The position numbers and the translations under genes are program-made. A DNA stretch of 32,000 bases from an uncultured Desulfobacterium sp. GTDB lineage: Bacteria; Desulfobacterota; Desulfobacteria; Desulfobacterales; Desulfobacteraceae. Of the stretch, positions 17,985 through 26,859 are shown piece by piece. The notes under the pieces are model-generated. The model saw nothing but the letters and a program-made list of their open reading frames with translations, was not told the DNA's origin and did not search any database. Where the stretch lies: contig CAXXTD010000001.1 in assembly GCA_963675615.2 (NCBI GenBank), forward strand, positions 1,229,210 through 1,261,209, in the 5' to 3' direction. Position 1 is the stretch's first letter; every line of letters begins with the position of its first letter.

Positions 17985-19337
17985 CTACTTATATTCAGAC
18001 GGTTGTATCCCGTACTTTTTCACCTTATAATGGATGGCGCGTTTGCTGATGTTCAAAAGATCGGCAGCATGTTTCTGCACCCCCCTTGATTCTTTCAACG
18101 CCCGGATGATCGTATTCTTTTCGCTTTGTTCGATGGAAAATTCCTGTTGTGCGTCAGAAACCAGGGTCGCATCTTTCCGAATATTCTCAATCTGAAGGTC
18201 CCACGGCTGTATGGTATGGTCCTGGCAGAGAATGGTTCCGGCCTCAAGGGTGTTTTTCAATTCCCTGATGTTTCCGGGCCACGGGTGCTCCATGAGAACC
18301 TTCATGGTTGCATCTGCGATCCGGGTTGAGGCAATGCCCTGGGCCCGGGTATATCTATCCACAAAAAAATGTGACAGTACCGGAATATCCTCTTTTCGTT
18401 CCCTCAGGGGGGGAATGATCAGAGTAATGCCCTTTAACCGGTAATAAAGATCCTTTCGAAAGATGCCGGATTCAATATCCGCCTTTAGGTCGGCATTGGT
18501 CGCTGCAATGATCCTGCAATCGATGATTTCGTCCCTGACCGAACCGACCTGCCGAATTTTCCCATCCTCCAGGAATCTCAACAATCGGCATTGCATGTCC
18601 TGGGAAATGTTACCGATTTCATCCAGAAAAAGCGTGCCCTGGTCTGCAGCCTGGATCAGGCCCCGTTTATCTTTGACGGCATTGGTAAACGCCCCTTTGA
18701 GATGTCCGAACAATTCACTCTCCAGGATACCGTCCGGTGTAGAGCCACAGTCAACAATCCTATACGGATGGGACTTTCTGGTGCTGTTCTGGTGGATATA
18801 GCTGGCAATGCATTCTTTGCCCACACCACTTTCCCCCAGGATCAACACGTTGACCTGGGTGGCCGAGACCTTTTGAACCATGGAATAAAGCGCTTTCATG
18901 ATCCGGCTCTTACCCCAGTAATAATCACCGTCAAAGGCGATCGGACATTTTTTCTCTGCGACCTTGCGCTGGACAGCAAGGGTGTCATTGATTTTCTGGA
19001 TCAGCATCCGACCATCAAAGGGTTTTGAAATATAATCAACCGCCCCCTGCCTTATGGCATCCACCGCATCCGGGATGGTTCCGTATGCGGTCAGGAAAAT
19101 AACGGGAAGATCAGGAAGCTTTTTCTGAATCTGTGTGAATAATTCAATACCGCTCTTTTGGGGCATCTTTATGTCTGAGACGAGTAGATCAATGGACTGC
19201 GTCTCTAATATTTGAATGGCAGTTGCTGCATCCCTGGCCCTTAATACTGAAAAATCGGACGCTGTGAGTCTTGCATCAAGCACTTCAAGGATACTGGGGT
19301 CGTCATCAACGATTAATATTCTGGCACCGGCTGTCAT
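17985..19337 (-). CDS. sigma54-dependent response regulator (REC - AAA+ - Fis-type HTH; NtrC family)
   Basis: REC domain: ILIVDDDPSILEVL...DLLVSDIKMPQKSG. AAA+ domain: Walker A GESGVGKE, sigma54-contact loop GAFTNA, Walker B LFLDEIG. C-terminal HTH: AADLLNISKRAIHYKVKKYGI. The ATG overlaps the upstream stop (ATGA). Confidence 0.95.
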   Translation of the reverse strand: MTAGARILIVDDDPSILEVLDARLTASDFSVLRARDAATAIQILETQSIDLLVSDIKMPQKSGIELFTQIQKKLPDLPVIFLTAYGTIPDAVDAIRQGAVDYISKPFDGRMLIQKINDTLAVQRKVAEKKCPIAFDGDYYWGKSRIMKALYSMVQKVSATQVNVLILGESGVGKECIASYIHQNSTRKSHPYRIVDCGSTPDGILESELFGHLKGAFTNAVKDKRGLIQAADQGTLFLDEIGNISQDMQCRLLRFLEDGKIRQVGSVRDEIIDCRIIAATNADLKADIESGIFRKDLYYRLKGITLIIPPLRERKEDIPVLSHFFVDRYTRAQGIASTRIADATMKVLMEHPWPGNIRELKNTLEAGTILCQDHTIQPWDLQIENIRKDATLVSDAQQEFSIEQSEKNTIIRALKESRGVQKHAADLLNISKRAIHYKVKKYGIQPSEYK

Positions 19338-20044
19338 TGATTTTTCCTTTTTTCCTGAAGATCCTGGTCAATGCTTTCAAGGGTTGAAATCTGGTGCTGG
19401 AGGGTTTTGACAAGGGTCTGCAATTTATGGATCTCCCTGTTTTGTTTTGCGGTTTGGGCTTTCAACCCGGCAATCAGGTTTAAGGCAGCCGCTTGTTCTG
19501 CCGTCATCAGCCGGCTGCCGTGCTCCAGCACCCTGATCAGCAATTCAGAATCTTCAGGAGGAGCAACGCCCACCCCGGCACGGTCTGCCCGGGTGCTGTT
19601 CCGGTTGTAATGCTGCAGAAATGAAACCAGAACCCTATGGAATGCCGAGGCATCTCCGGCGGTGGCCAATGCCACACAGGCAAGACCAAAACGCCCATAA
19701 TTCTGATCTTCAGGATCTTCTGTCCGCTCTGACAGCGCCTCAAATTTTTCTCTGGCAAGGAGGTAATCACCACTTAAAAAGGCCTGGCGGGACTGTTTGA
19801 CCATCATATTTTCCAGGATCACCGTATCCTCTCGGATCACCGGATCTTCCCTGATCGTCGTACCTTCCCGGATCATCATCTCTTCCTCAATCATCATCTC
19901 TTCCCTGTTCACCGGATACCGGCTCTGGCATTGGCATCCAATCAGGACAAATCCCAGGCATAAATATAAAACAGGTCTGTACAACCCAAAGAGCAGGTGT
20001 GCATTAAATTTCAAACTGCCATCATTCACGTATGATCCAAGCAT
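19334..20044 (-). CDS. putative lipoprotein with hexapeptide-repeat linker, TPR-like middle and C-terminal coiled coil (QseG/YfhG-like position)
   Basis: Signal sequence ending in the lipobox LIGC (Cys37). Six tandem hexapeptides follow, then a coiled-coil C-terminus (EIHKLQTLVKTLQHQISTLESIDQDLQEKRK). GGAG lies 9 nt upstream of the ATG. The gene is sandwiched between the HK and RR genes. Confidence 0.65.
   Translation of the reverse strand: MLGSYVNDGSLKFNAHLLFGLYRPVLYLCLGFVLIGCQCQSRYPVNREEMMIEEEMMIREGTTIREDPVIREDTVILENMMVKQSRQAFLSGDYLLAREKFEALSERTEDPEDQNYGRFGLACVALATAGDASAFHRVLVSFLQHYNRNSTRADRAGVGVAPPEDSELLIRVLEHGSRLMTAEQAAALNLIAGLKAQTAKQNREIHKLQTLVKTLQHQISTLESIDQDLQEKRKNQ
19790..19897 (-). 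repeat. six tandem 18-nt (hexapeptide) coding repeats inside the lipoprotein gene
   Basis: Minus-strand units are atgatgattgaggaagag / atgatgatccgggaaggt / acgacgatcagggaagat / ccggtgatccgagaggat / acggtgatcctggaaaat / atgatggtcaaacagtcc. They encode MMIEEE MMIREG TTIRED PVIRED TVILEN MMVKQS. Confidence 0.8.
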
Positions 20045-20056
20045 CAGTCCAATCTC

Positions 20057-21523
20057 CTATACCGATATTTTTTTCTCCACAGGCAGGGTGAACGTAAAGG
20101 TACATCCTTTGTCGATATTATTTTCAACAAATATTCGACCACCGTGTGCCAGTACGATTCTCCTGGAGATATTAAGACCGAGACCGACCCCGCTCATGTG
20201 ATTTCTGACTTCCTCTGCCCGATAGTATCGCTTGAAAATCAAGCCATGCTTTTCCCTTGGAATGCCCGGGCCGGTGTCTGAAATATTGAAACTCAAAAAC
20301 CCATCCTCCCTGGATTTTGACAGCCAGATATCCACCTGGCTGTTTTCATCTGAAAACTTTATGGCATTGCCGATAATATTCACCAATACCTGCATAATCT
20401 CCCTGGCTTCCCCCATCACCCGGGGCGCCCCGGTCAGGGGGTGGACCTGCACATTCGTGTTCTTTATCTTTGCTGTGGCGTCAAGGGACTCAATGGCTTG
20501 AACAATAAGCGGGTTGGGATCAAGGGAGGCTGGATTTGATTTTTGAGTCCCGGCCTCGAGCATGGAAATGTCCAGCAGGTGGTTTAACAGGCTGGTGATC
20601 CGCGTAATTTCAGAACCGGCCAGTTTTAAAAACTTCTTTTGTCGTTCATTTACCGGGCCCAGAATCTCTTCGATAATCATGTTAACGGATTCCTGAACAG
20701 ACGAGAGCGGGGTTCTGATTTCATGACTCAAGGTGGCAATAAAGTCAGACCGGATATCTTCATCAGCCTTGAGTTGATGGCTCATATCATTGAATGCATC
20801 TGCAAGTTCCCCGAATTCATCCCTGGATGAAACAACCACCTCGTGGGCATAATTATCCATTGAGATCTGGCTCAACCCCAGCTTTAATTTATTCAACGGG
20901 ATTAACATTGATTTTGAAATAAACAAAATACCGAAAAATCCGACAACCATGGAGATACCGAATCCGATCACACCGTTACGTACAACCAGGCGGCTTTGAC
21001 GATTTATCCGGATAAGGCCCTGTTTGATTTGCAAATCGTTGGCATCCCTGGCTTTTGAAATAAGATCCATCCACTCAATAATCAGGTCTTCCTGGTCCCA
21101 TTGCGCAGGTAGATCCATGAAGGCATCCTTTGGACGAAATCCTGTAAACCTTTGATATGCCCCCCCAATTTTTCTCCAGGTTTTTGAGGATTCCAGGATG
21201 TCTGATTCCAGGTGGATGATTTGATCCAGGTCCCGGTTGTATGCCTTGCGGGCAGTTTCAAAAGATTCAAAGTACAATGTTTTTTTCAACAACCTGAATT
21301 TTTTATCATTGACCTCCATATCCATGAGGCTGTCCCGCAGATTCTCGGACAATTCCGCTATCTGGTTGTTTACGGTCACGATGCGGGATGATATTTTTGA
21401 CATATCCCGGACCTTTATAAACATATTCACGACTGTACCGTAAAATATGAGAATAAAAAGGGAAAAGAATAGAACCAGTTTTCTTGAGATGCCTAATTTC
21501 ATGGGCCTGCTGCCAATATCCAC
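20057..21523 (-). CDS. sensor histidine kinase (TM - about 150-aa extracytoplasmic region - TM - HAMP - HisKA - HATPase)
   Basis: H-box FIATLSHEIRTPL, N-box VNIIGNAIKFS, G-boxes ISDTGPGIP and GVGLGLNISRRIV. Two hydrophobic helices flank the sensor region. Confidence 0.92.
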   Translation of the reverse strand: MDIGSRPMKLGISRKLVLFFSLFILIFYGTVVNMFIKVRDMSKISSRIVTVNNQIAELSENLRDSLMDMEVNDKKFRLLKKTLYFESFETARKAYNRDLDQIIHLESDILESSKTWRKIGGAYQRFTGFRPKDAFMDLPAQWDQEDLIIEWMDLISKARDANDLQIKQGLIRINRQSRLVVRNGVIGFGISMVVGFFGILFISKSMLIPLNKLKLGLSQISMDNYAHEVVVSSRDEFGELADAFNDMSHQLKADEDIRSDFIATLSHEIRTPLSSVQESVNMIIEEILGPVNERQKKFLKLAGSEITRITSLLNHLLDISMLEAGTQKSNPASLDPNPLIVQAIESLDATAKIKNTNVQVHPLTGAPRVMGEAREIMQVLVNIIGNAIKFSDENSQVDIWLSKSREDGFLSFNISDTGPGIPREKHGLIFKRYYRAEEVRNHMSGVGLGLNISRRIVLAHGGRIFVENNIDKGCTFTFTLPVEKKISV

Positions 21524-21777
21524 GTTTTACAGGAACCAATGGGTCAGCGTTATTCCAAAAGCGTTGAAAGACTGGTTATCCTGCTATTTTTAAAGGTTTT
21601 TAGCATTTGGGGGATCACAAGTCAAACAGGTCATAAGGCCTGACTGCAAAAGCAATCGTGCCCCCTTGGAAACAAAGGGTAAAATTCGTACCCGAGGGTG
21701 CAATTTTCGTAACTTTCAACGGATTGAGCACCATGAAAACACTTGAACACCCCCCATTTATCAACCCCATCAAACCG

Positions 21778-21793
21778 TGGCATGACGGTTGCT
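21778..21793 (+). promoter_or_regulatory. sigma54 (-24/-12) promoter upstream of the glycosyltransferase gene
   Basis: TGGCAT(21778-21783)-gacgg-TTGCT(21789-21793) on the + strand, about 100 nt upstream of the ATG at 21895, in the divergent HK/GT intergenic region. Confidence 0.55.
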
Positions 21794-21894
21794 AAGGTAT
21801 CAGGCAAAACAAAATGCGGATATGGCAACGGATGCCGCATAAGGCACAATTTGAGTCGTATTTTCGAAAATAAGGAAACAGGGAGATTAATAAG

Positions 21895-23292
21895 ATGGTA
21901 CCATGGGTTAATCCTGGGTTACTGGATAAACGAACGGGTAAAATGGCGGCCCTTATCTGCATAGCCATTGTTGTATTTGCAGCCTGGCAGGGTGTTATTC
22001 GTGGCGCCTCCATGGCGAATCTGCTGATCAGTACAACCTGGGGAAAGGGGTTTGTTCTATTTTGCGGAATTTTCATGATACTTACCTTTGCTGAATTTGT
22101 ATGGCGGGCCGTGCTGGTATTGATGTACAAGCCCATTCAAAGCTGCGATGACAATTTTCTTCCGGAATGTACAATCATTGTTCCGGCCTACAACGAAGGC
22201 AGGCAGGTTTTTGTAACCCTTGAAAGCCTTGCGGCCAGCAATTATCCCAGGGATAAATTCAAAATAATTGCCGTGGACGACGGAAGTGTGGATGATACCT
22301 GGAAATGGATTCAAAAGGCCAAAAAAAAGCTGGGAAGCAGGATTACCACCATCAAACAGCCCTGCAACAGGGGAAAACGCCATGCGCTCTATGCCGGGTT
22401 TAAACAAAGTATCGGAGAGGTTCTGGTCACCGTTGACAGTGACTCAACCGTTGATACGGACACCCTGAGAAATATGGTAACCCCCTTTGTTGTGGATCGA
22501 AACGTAGGCGCTGTTGCCGGGAATGTAAGGGTTTTAAATATGGACAAGGGGATTATCCCCAAAATGCTGGATGTGGTATTTGTCTACAGCTTTGATTTTA
22601 TCCGTGCCAGCCAGAGCATGGTCAAGGCAGTGATGTGCACCCCTGGCGCACTGTCTGCCTACCGCAGAAGTGTGGTCATGGATGTGCTGCACGAATGGCT
22701 GAACCAAAAATTCTGCGGTCAGCCGGCCAACATCGGTGAAGACCGTGCAATGACCAACCTGATCCTCAGACAGGGGCACCACGTCCTGTTTCAACAGAAT
22801 GCCAGGGTCTATACCGAAGCCCCGGTTAAGTATGTGACCCTTTGCAAGATGTATTTACGATGGGCAAGGAGCAATATCCGTGAAACCATTGCCATGAGCC
22901 GCTTTATCTTCAAACCCTTCCGCAAGGGTTCAAAGCTTGGGGCAAGAATCAACCTCGTGTCAGGCTGGGTGGCGCTGACCAAGGCCCAGCTTTTTCTTGT
23001 GATCACCTGGGGATTGATTGTCTGTCATCCCATGACCTTTGGCGTGAATACAATGCTTGGGGTCGTTATCTCTTCAAGTCTGGCTGCAACGATCTATGCA
23101 TGGAAATTTGGTCGTTTCTCTTGCCTGTGGGCCTTTGTTTATGGGTTTTACTTTTTTGTCTCTCTGTTCTGGATCAGACCCTATGCACTTCTGACACCCC
23201 ACAAATCAGGCTGGCTGACACGTCAGGTTGAATCTCGACCAGCCCATCCTGGGAAAAATATATTTTTGCAAAAAGCCAAAACAGCGGCCTAA
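21895..23292 (+). CDS. membrane-integrated processive family-2 glycosyltransferase (NodC/HasA/PgaC-like polysaccharide synthase)
   Basis: IIVPAYNEG, AVDDGSVDDT, VTVDSDS (DxD), GEDRAMT, and an LRWARS motif (QxxRW-type). Hydrophobic helices lie before and after the catalytic domain. The start may instead be the in-frame ATG 21943 (MAALICIAIV). Confidence 0.88.
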   Translation: MVPWVNPGLLDKRTGKMAALICIAIVVFAAWQGVIRGASMANLLISTTWGKGFVLFCGIFMILTFAEFVWRAVLVLMYKPIQSCDDNFLPECTIIVPAYNEGRQVFVTLESLAASNYPRDKFKIIAVDDGSVDDTWKWIQKAKKKLGSRITTIKQPCNRGKRHALYAGFKQSIGEVLVTVDSDSTVDTDTLRNMVTPFVVDRNVGAVAGNVRVLNMDKGIIPKMLDVVFVYSFDFIRASQSMVKAVMCTPGALSAYRRSVVMDVLHEWLNQKFCGQPANIGEDRAMTNLILRQGHHVLFQQNARVYTEAPVKYVTLCKMYLRWARSNIRETIAMSRFIFKPFRKGSKLGARINLVSGWVALTKAQLFLVITWGLIVCHPMTFGVNTMLGVVISSSLAATIYAWKFGRFSCLWAFVYGFYFFVSLFWIRPYALLTPHKSGWLTRQVESRPAHPGKNIFLQKAKTAA

Positions 23293-23322
23293 CAGACTGA
23301 ATCTGACGGTTTTTAAAAGAGC

Positions 23323-23365
23323 GGCCTGGAACCGGATTATCTTAACCGGTTCCAGGCCGTTTTTG
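23323..23365 (+). terminator. rho-independent terminator after the glycosyltransferase gene (probably bidirectional)
   Basis: The 13-bp perfect stem GGCCTGGAACCGG (23323-23335) pairs with CCGGTTCCAGGCC (23346-23358), leaving a 10-nt loop (attatcttaa), or 8 nt if the closing A-A is ignored. GTTTTTG follows on the + strand, and CTCTTTT follows on the minus strand. Confidence 0.8.
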
Positions 23366-23407
23366 CTTCCATTCTTTAGCCCATTATTGCTCCAGGATCG
23401 TTTTTGC

Positions 23408-23677
23408 TCAAGGGCACCATGGATAAGGCCGGAAGGTGCTGAAATTCACACTGACAGCAACAATTCGCCGGGTTCTCCCGGTCCGGTATTGTCCTATCCG
23501 CAACGACGTATTCCCGCCATCGCTCCAGTCGATCACATCGGCCAGGGGAATGTCGAGGACATTCAGGACATGGATGGCGTCGGATGCAAGCAGGCGGTAG
23601 TTCAAAGGCCTATTGCCAATTCCAGACTCACCATGCCCCCGGGTGTCCGGCAGCACAACCCGATGACCGGTTGCCAC
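23408..23677 (-). pseudogene. alpha/beta-hydrolase gene remnant
   Basis: The 89-aa ORF carries ATGHRVVLPDTRGHGES and the nucleophile-elbow region VIDWSDGG (GWSDGG-type, with the first Gly replaced by Asp). It lacks both the N-terminal HG oxyanion segment and the whole C-terminal half. The same frame upstream (FFWLSQIPWLV) has no start codon and no LLLHG-like segment. Confidence 0.5.
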
Positions 23678-23919
23678 AAGCCAGGGAATCTGGGATAACC
23701 AGAAAAACCTGTTTAGGCCGGAACCTGGTTTACGACGGACATCATCGCTATTCGGTTCTCTATTGTAATCGCTTCCTTTGGTTTTTTACCAGATATGAGA
23801 CCCTCTTTACATTGCCCGGGCCATGCTTATTCTTTTCTTCTTGAACAATTGTGGAAAACCATGAAAAAAGCCTCCCCCTGCAAAGGGGTTTAACATATTA
23901 GACAACGGAAACCAGCACC

Positions 23920-26841
23920 ATGAAAAACGGCGAATCAGCAATGAAATCCATTATAAAGGATATCAAACCCGGCAAAACCATGGAACTTGACACCATCATC
24001 GTCAAGGGAGCCAGGGAGCACAACCTGAAAAATATTGATGTGACACTTCCCAAGAAACGACTCATCGTATTCACCGGGGTGTCAGGATCAGGAAAGTCAA
24101 GCCTTGCCTTTGACACCATCTTTGCCGAGGGTCAGCGCCGCTACGTGGAATCCCTCTCCTCCTATGCCCGGCAGTTCATCGGACAGATGGAAAAACCCAA
24201 GTACGACACCATACGGGGACTTTCCCCCACCATTGCCATCGAACAGAAGGCTGCCAGCAAAAACCCGAGATCCACCGTGGGGACCATCACCGAGATCTAC
24301 GACTACCTCAGGGTGCTGTTTGCCAGGATCGGCACCCAGTACTGCTTTCGATGCGGCAAAAAGGTGGGCCAGGGCAATGCCGAAACCATGGTTTCCCAGA
24401 TTCTCTCCCTTCCCCTGGGTTCCAAAATCCTGGTCATGGCCCCCATTGTTGAGAACCGAAAGGGCGAACACCGGGACCGGCTGGATGATCTCAAGAAAGA
24501 GGGGTTTGCCCGGGTCAGGATCAACGGCGTGGTCCAGGATCTGTCCGATGTTCAAACCCTGCCCAAGAACAAAAAACACAACATCGAGGTGGTAGTGGAC
24601 CGCCTGGTCATCAAGAAAGACCCGGCGTTTACCCAGCGCCTCACCGACTCGGTGGAGACCGCCCTTAAACTTGGCAGCGGACGGCTCCTGGTACACATCC
24701 CGGGCCGGGAAGACCTCAAGATGAGCGAGGCCCGGTCCTGCTGCGGCATGGCCTATCCCGAACTTGTGCCCCAGCTCTTTTCGTTCAACTCACCCCTTGG
24801 CATGTGCTCTGAATGCAACGGCATCGGCACCCTCCTGTCCATGGATGTGAACAAGGTCGTTGCCGACCCCACCCTTTCCATCCGCCAGGGGGCGGTTATT
24901 CCCTGGAAAAATTATTTTCTGAAAAACCCCCGCTATACCAACAGCTCCTGGGGCAAAGACCAGCTCCTGGCCATGGAAGCGCAGTGGGATCTGGACTTTG
25001 ACACCCCCTGGAAGGATCTGCCCCGGGACCAGCAAAAGTTGATCCTGGACGGTTCCAACGGCAGGGAGCTGACCGTCAACTGGAACTCGGCAAAGATCCA
25101 GGGCGAGGTGACCATGTCCCACGAGGGGATTCTCAACACCCTCATGCGCCGTTACCGGTCCACCCAGTCCGAAGGTTCCAAACGGTACTATTCGGGATTC
25201 ATGACTGCCAAACCCTGCCCGGCCTGCCATGGACGACGACTGAAGGAAGAGGTGCTCCACGTACTGATCAACGGCTGTTCGATCATTGATCTCACCGAGA
25301 TGACCATCCAGGAGGCCCATGAATTCATCTCCCGCCTTGAGCTTGAGGGCAACCAGCAACTCATTGCCGAAGAGTTATTAAAGGAGATCCAGGACCGCCT
25401 GGGATTCCTTGTAAATGTGGGGCTTGACTATCTCTCCCTGGACCGAAACGGCCCCACCCTGTCCGGCGGTGAATCCCAGAGAATACGCCTTGCCTCCCAG
25501 ATCGGATCGGAACTTACCGGCGTTCTCTATATTCTGGACGAACCCTCCATCGGCCTGCACCAGCGGGACAATGGTAAACTGCTCAAAACCCTCCACCACC
25601 TCCGGGACATCGGCAATACCCTCATCGTTGTCGAGCACGACCAGGAAACCATGGAAGAGAGCGACTGGATCGTGGACATCGGCCCGGGCGCCGGCCACCT
25701 TGGTGGCCAGATCGTGGCCCAGGGAACCCCGAACCAGATCAAACACGACCCCATGTCCATCACCGGCCGGTTCCTTAGCATGTCCGAAACCATTGAAATT
25801 CCAGAAAAAAGACGAACCCCAGAGGAGATGGGCAGCCGTTTCGTCACCATCAAGGGGGCCACAGAGAACAACCTGAAAAATGTCACGGCCAGGATCCCCC
25901 TGGGTCTGGTCGTTGCCGTCACCGGGGTCTCAGGGGCCGGCAAATCCACCCTCATCAACCAGATCCTCTATCCGGCCCTGGCCGTGGCACTCAACAACGC
26001 CACCCTGGAGGTTGGCCGTCACAAAGCCATCACGGGCCTTGATCACCTGGACAAGGTCATCAACATCGACCAGAAACCCATCGGAAGGACCCCCAGGAGC
26101 AACCCTGCCACCTACACCAAGGTGTTCGATCCCATCCGGGAACTGTTTGCCAGTCTTCCAGAGGCCAGGGCCAGGGGCTACCAAAAGGGACGCTTTTCGT
26201 TCAATGTCAAGGGCGGCCGGTGTGAGGCCTGCCACGGGGACGGCTACATCAAGGTGGAGATGCATTTCCTGGCCGACGTGTTCGTTCCCTGTGAGGTATG
26301 CCATGGAAAACGGTTTAATACCGCCACCCTGGAAATCAAATACAAGGACCACTCCATTGCCGACGTGCTCGACCTTTCCGTGGTCCAGGCCATGGCGCTG
26401 TTCCAGAACCACCCCAAGATACGCACCATCCTCACCACCCTCATGGATGTGGGGTTGACCTATATTAAACTGGGCCAGGCCGCAACCACCCTGTCCGGGG
26501 GTGAGGCCCAGCGCATCAAGCTTGCCCGGGAGCTTGCCAAAAGGAACACGGGCAAAACCCTCTACATCCTGGACGAGCCCACCACGGGCCTCCATTTCCA
26601 GGACGTCAGACTTCTCCTGAAGGTGCTCCAGCGCATCTCCCTTGCCGGCAACACCGTGATCATCATCGAACATAACCTGGATGTGATCAAGACGGCCGAC
26701 TGGATTATCGACCTGGGCCCCGAAGGGGGGCACAGGGGCGGAAAAATCATTGCCCAGGGGTCTCCGGAACAGGTGGCCCGTTCAAAGCAGAGTTACACAG
26801 GATACTTTCTGAAAAAAATGCTGGCATCCCGGAAAAACTAA
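23920..26841 (+). CDS. uvrA: excinuclease ABC subunit A
   Basis: GAREHNLKNIDV, Walker A GVSGSGKSSLAFDTI and GVSGAGKSTLI, two LSGGE signature motifs, and zinc-finger cysteines (CxxC pairs). Possible alternative starts at 23941 and 23980. Confidence 0.97.
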   Translation: MKNGESAMKSIIKDIKPGKTMELDTIIVKGAREHNLKNIDVTLPKKRLIVFTGVSGSGKSSLAFDTIFAEGQRRYVESLSSYARQFIGQMEKPKYDTIRGLSPTIAIEQKAASKNPRSTVGTITEIYDYLRVLFARIGTQYCFRCGKKVGQGNAETMVSQILSLPLGSKILVMAPIVENRKGEHRDRLDDLKKEGFARVRINGVVQDLSDVQTLPKNKKHNIEVVVDRLVIKKDPAFTQRLTDSVETALKLGSGRLLVHIPGREDLKMSEARSCCGMAYPELVPQLFSFNSPLGMCSECNGIGTLLSMDVNKVVADPTLSIRQGAVIPWKNYFLKNPRYTNSSWGKDQLLAMEAQWDLDFDTPWKDLPRDQQKLILDGSNGRELTVNWNSAKIQGEVTMSHEGILNTLMRRYRSTQSEGSKRYYSGFMTAKPCPACHGRRLKEEVLHVLINGCSIIDLTEMTIQEAHEFISRLELEGNQQLIAEELLKEIQDRLGFLVNVGLDYLSLDRNGPTLSGGESQRIRLASQIGSELTGVLYILDEPSIGLHQRDNGKLLKTLHHLRDIGNTLIVVEHDQETMEESDWIVDIGPGAGHLGGQIVAQGTPNQIKHDPMSITGRFLSMSETIEIPEKRRTPEEMGSRFVTIKGATENNLKNVTARIPLGLVVAVTGVSGAGKSTLINQILYPALAVALNNATLEVGRHKAITGLDHLDKVINIDQKPIGRTPRSNPATYTKVFDPIRELFASLPEARARGYQKGRFSFNVKGGRCEACHGDGYIKVEMHFLADVFVPCEVCHGKRFNTATLEIKYKDHSIADVLDLSVVQAMALFQNHPKIRTILTTLMDVGLTYIKLGQAATTLSGGEAQRIKLARELAKRNTGKTLYILDEPTTGLHFQDVRLLLKVLQRISLAGNTVIIIEHNLDVIKTADWIIDLGPEGGHRGGKIIAQGSPEQVARSKQSYTGYFLKKMLASRKN

Positions 26842-26859
26842 CATTAAGATACAACCCAT

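Noticed and set aside
21833-21859. Possible hairpin or riboswitch in the roughly 90-nt 5' UTR of the GT2 gene (ATGCGG...CCGCAT); considered a c-di-GMP riboswitch
   Set aside because: There is only a 6-bp stem with a poorly paired interior. None of the conserved GEMM-I/II sequence blocks could be recognised, and no terminator or SD-sequestering alternative structure is evident.
23700-23919. Search for a LexA/SOS box upstream of uvrA
   Set aside because: GGTTTACGACGGACATC resembles the Geobacter-type GGTT-N2-C-N4-G-N3-ACC motif only in its left half (it ends in ATC rather than ACC), so no convincing operator was found.
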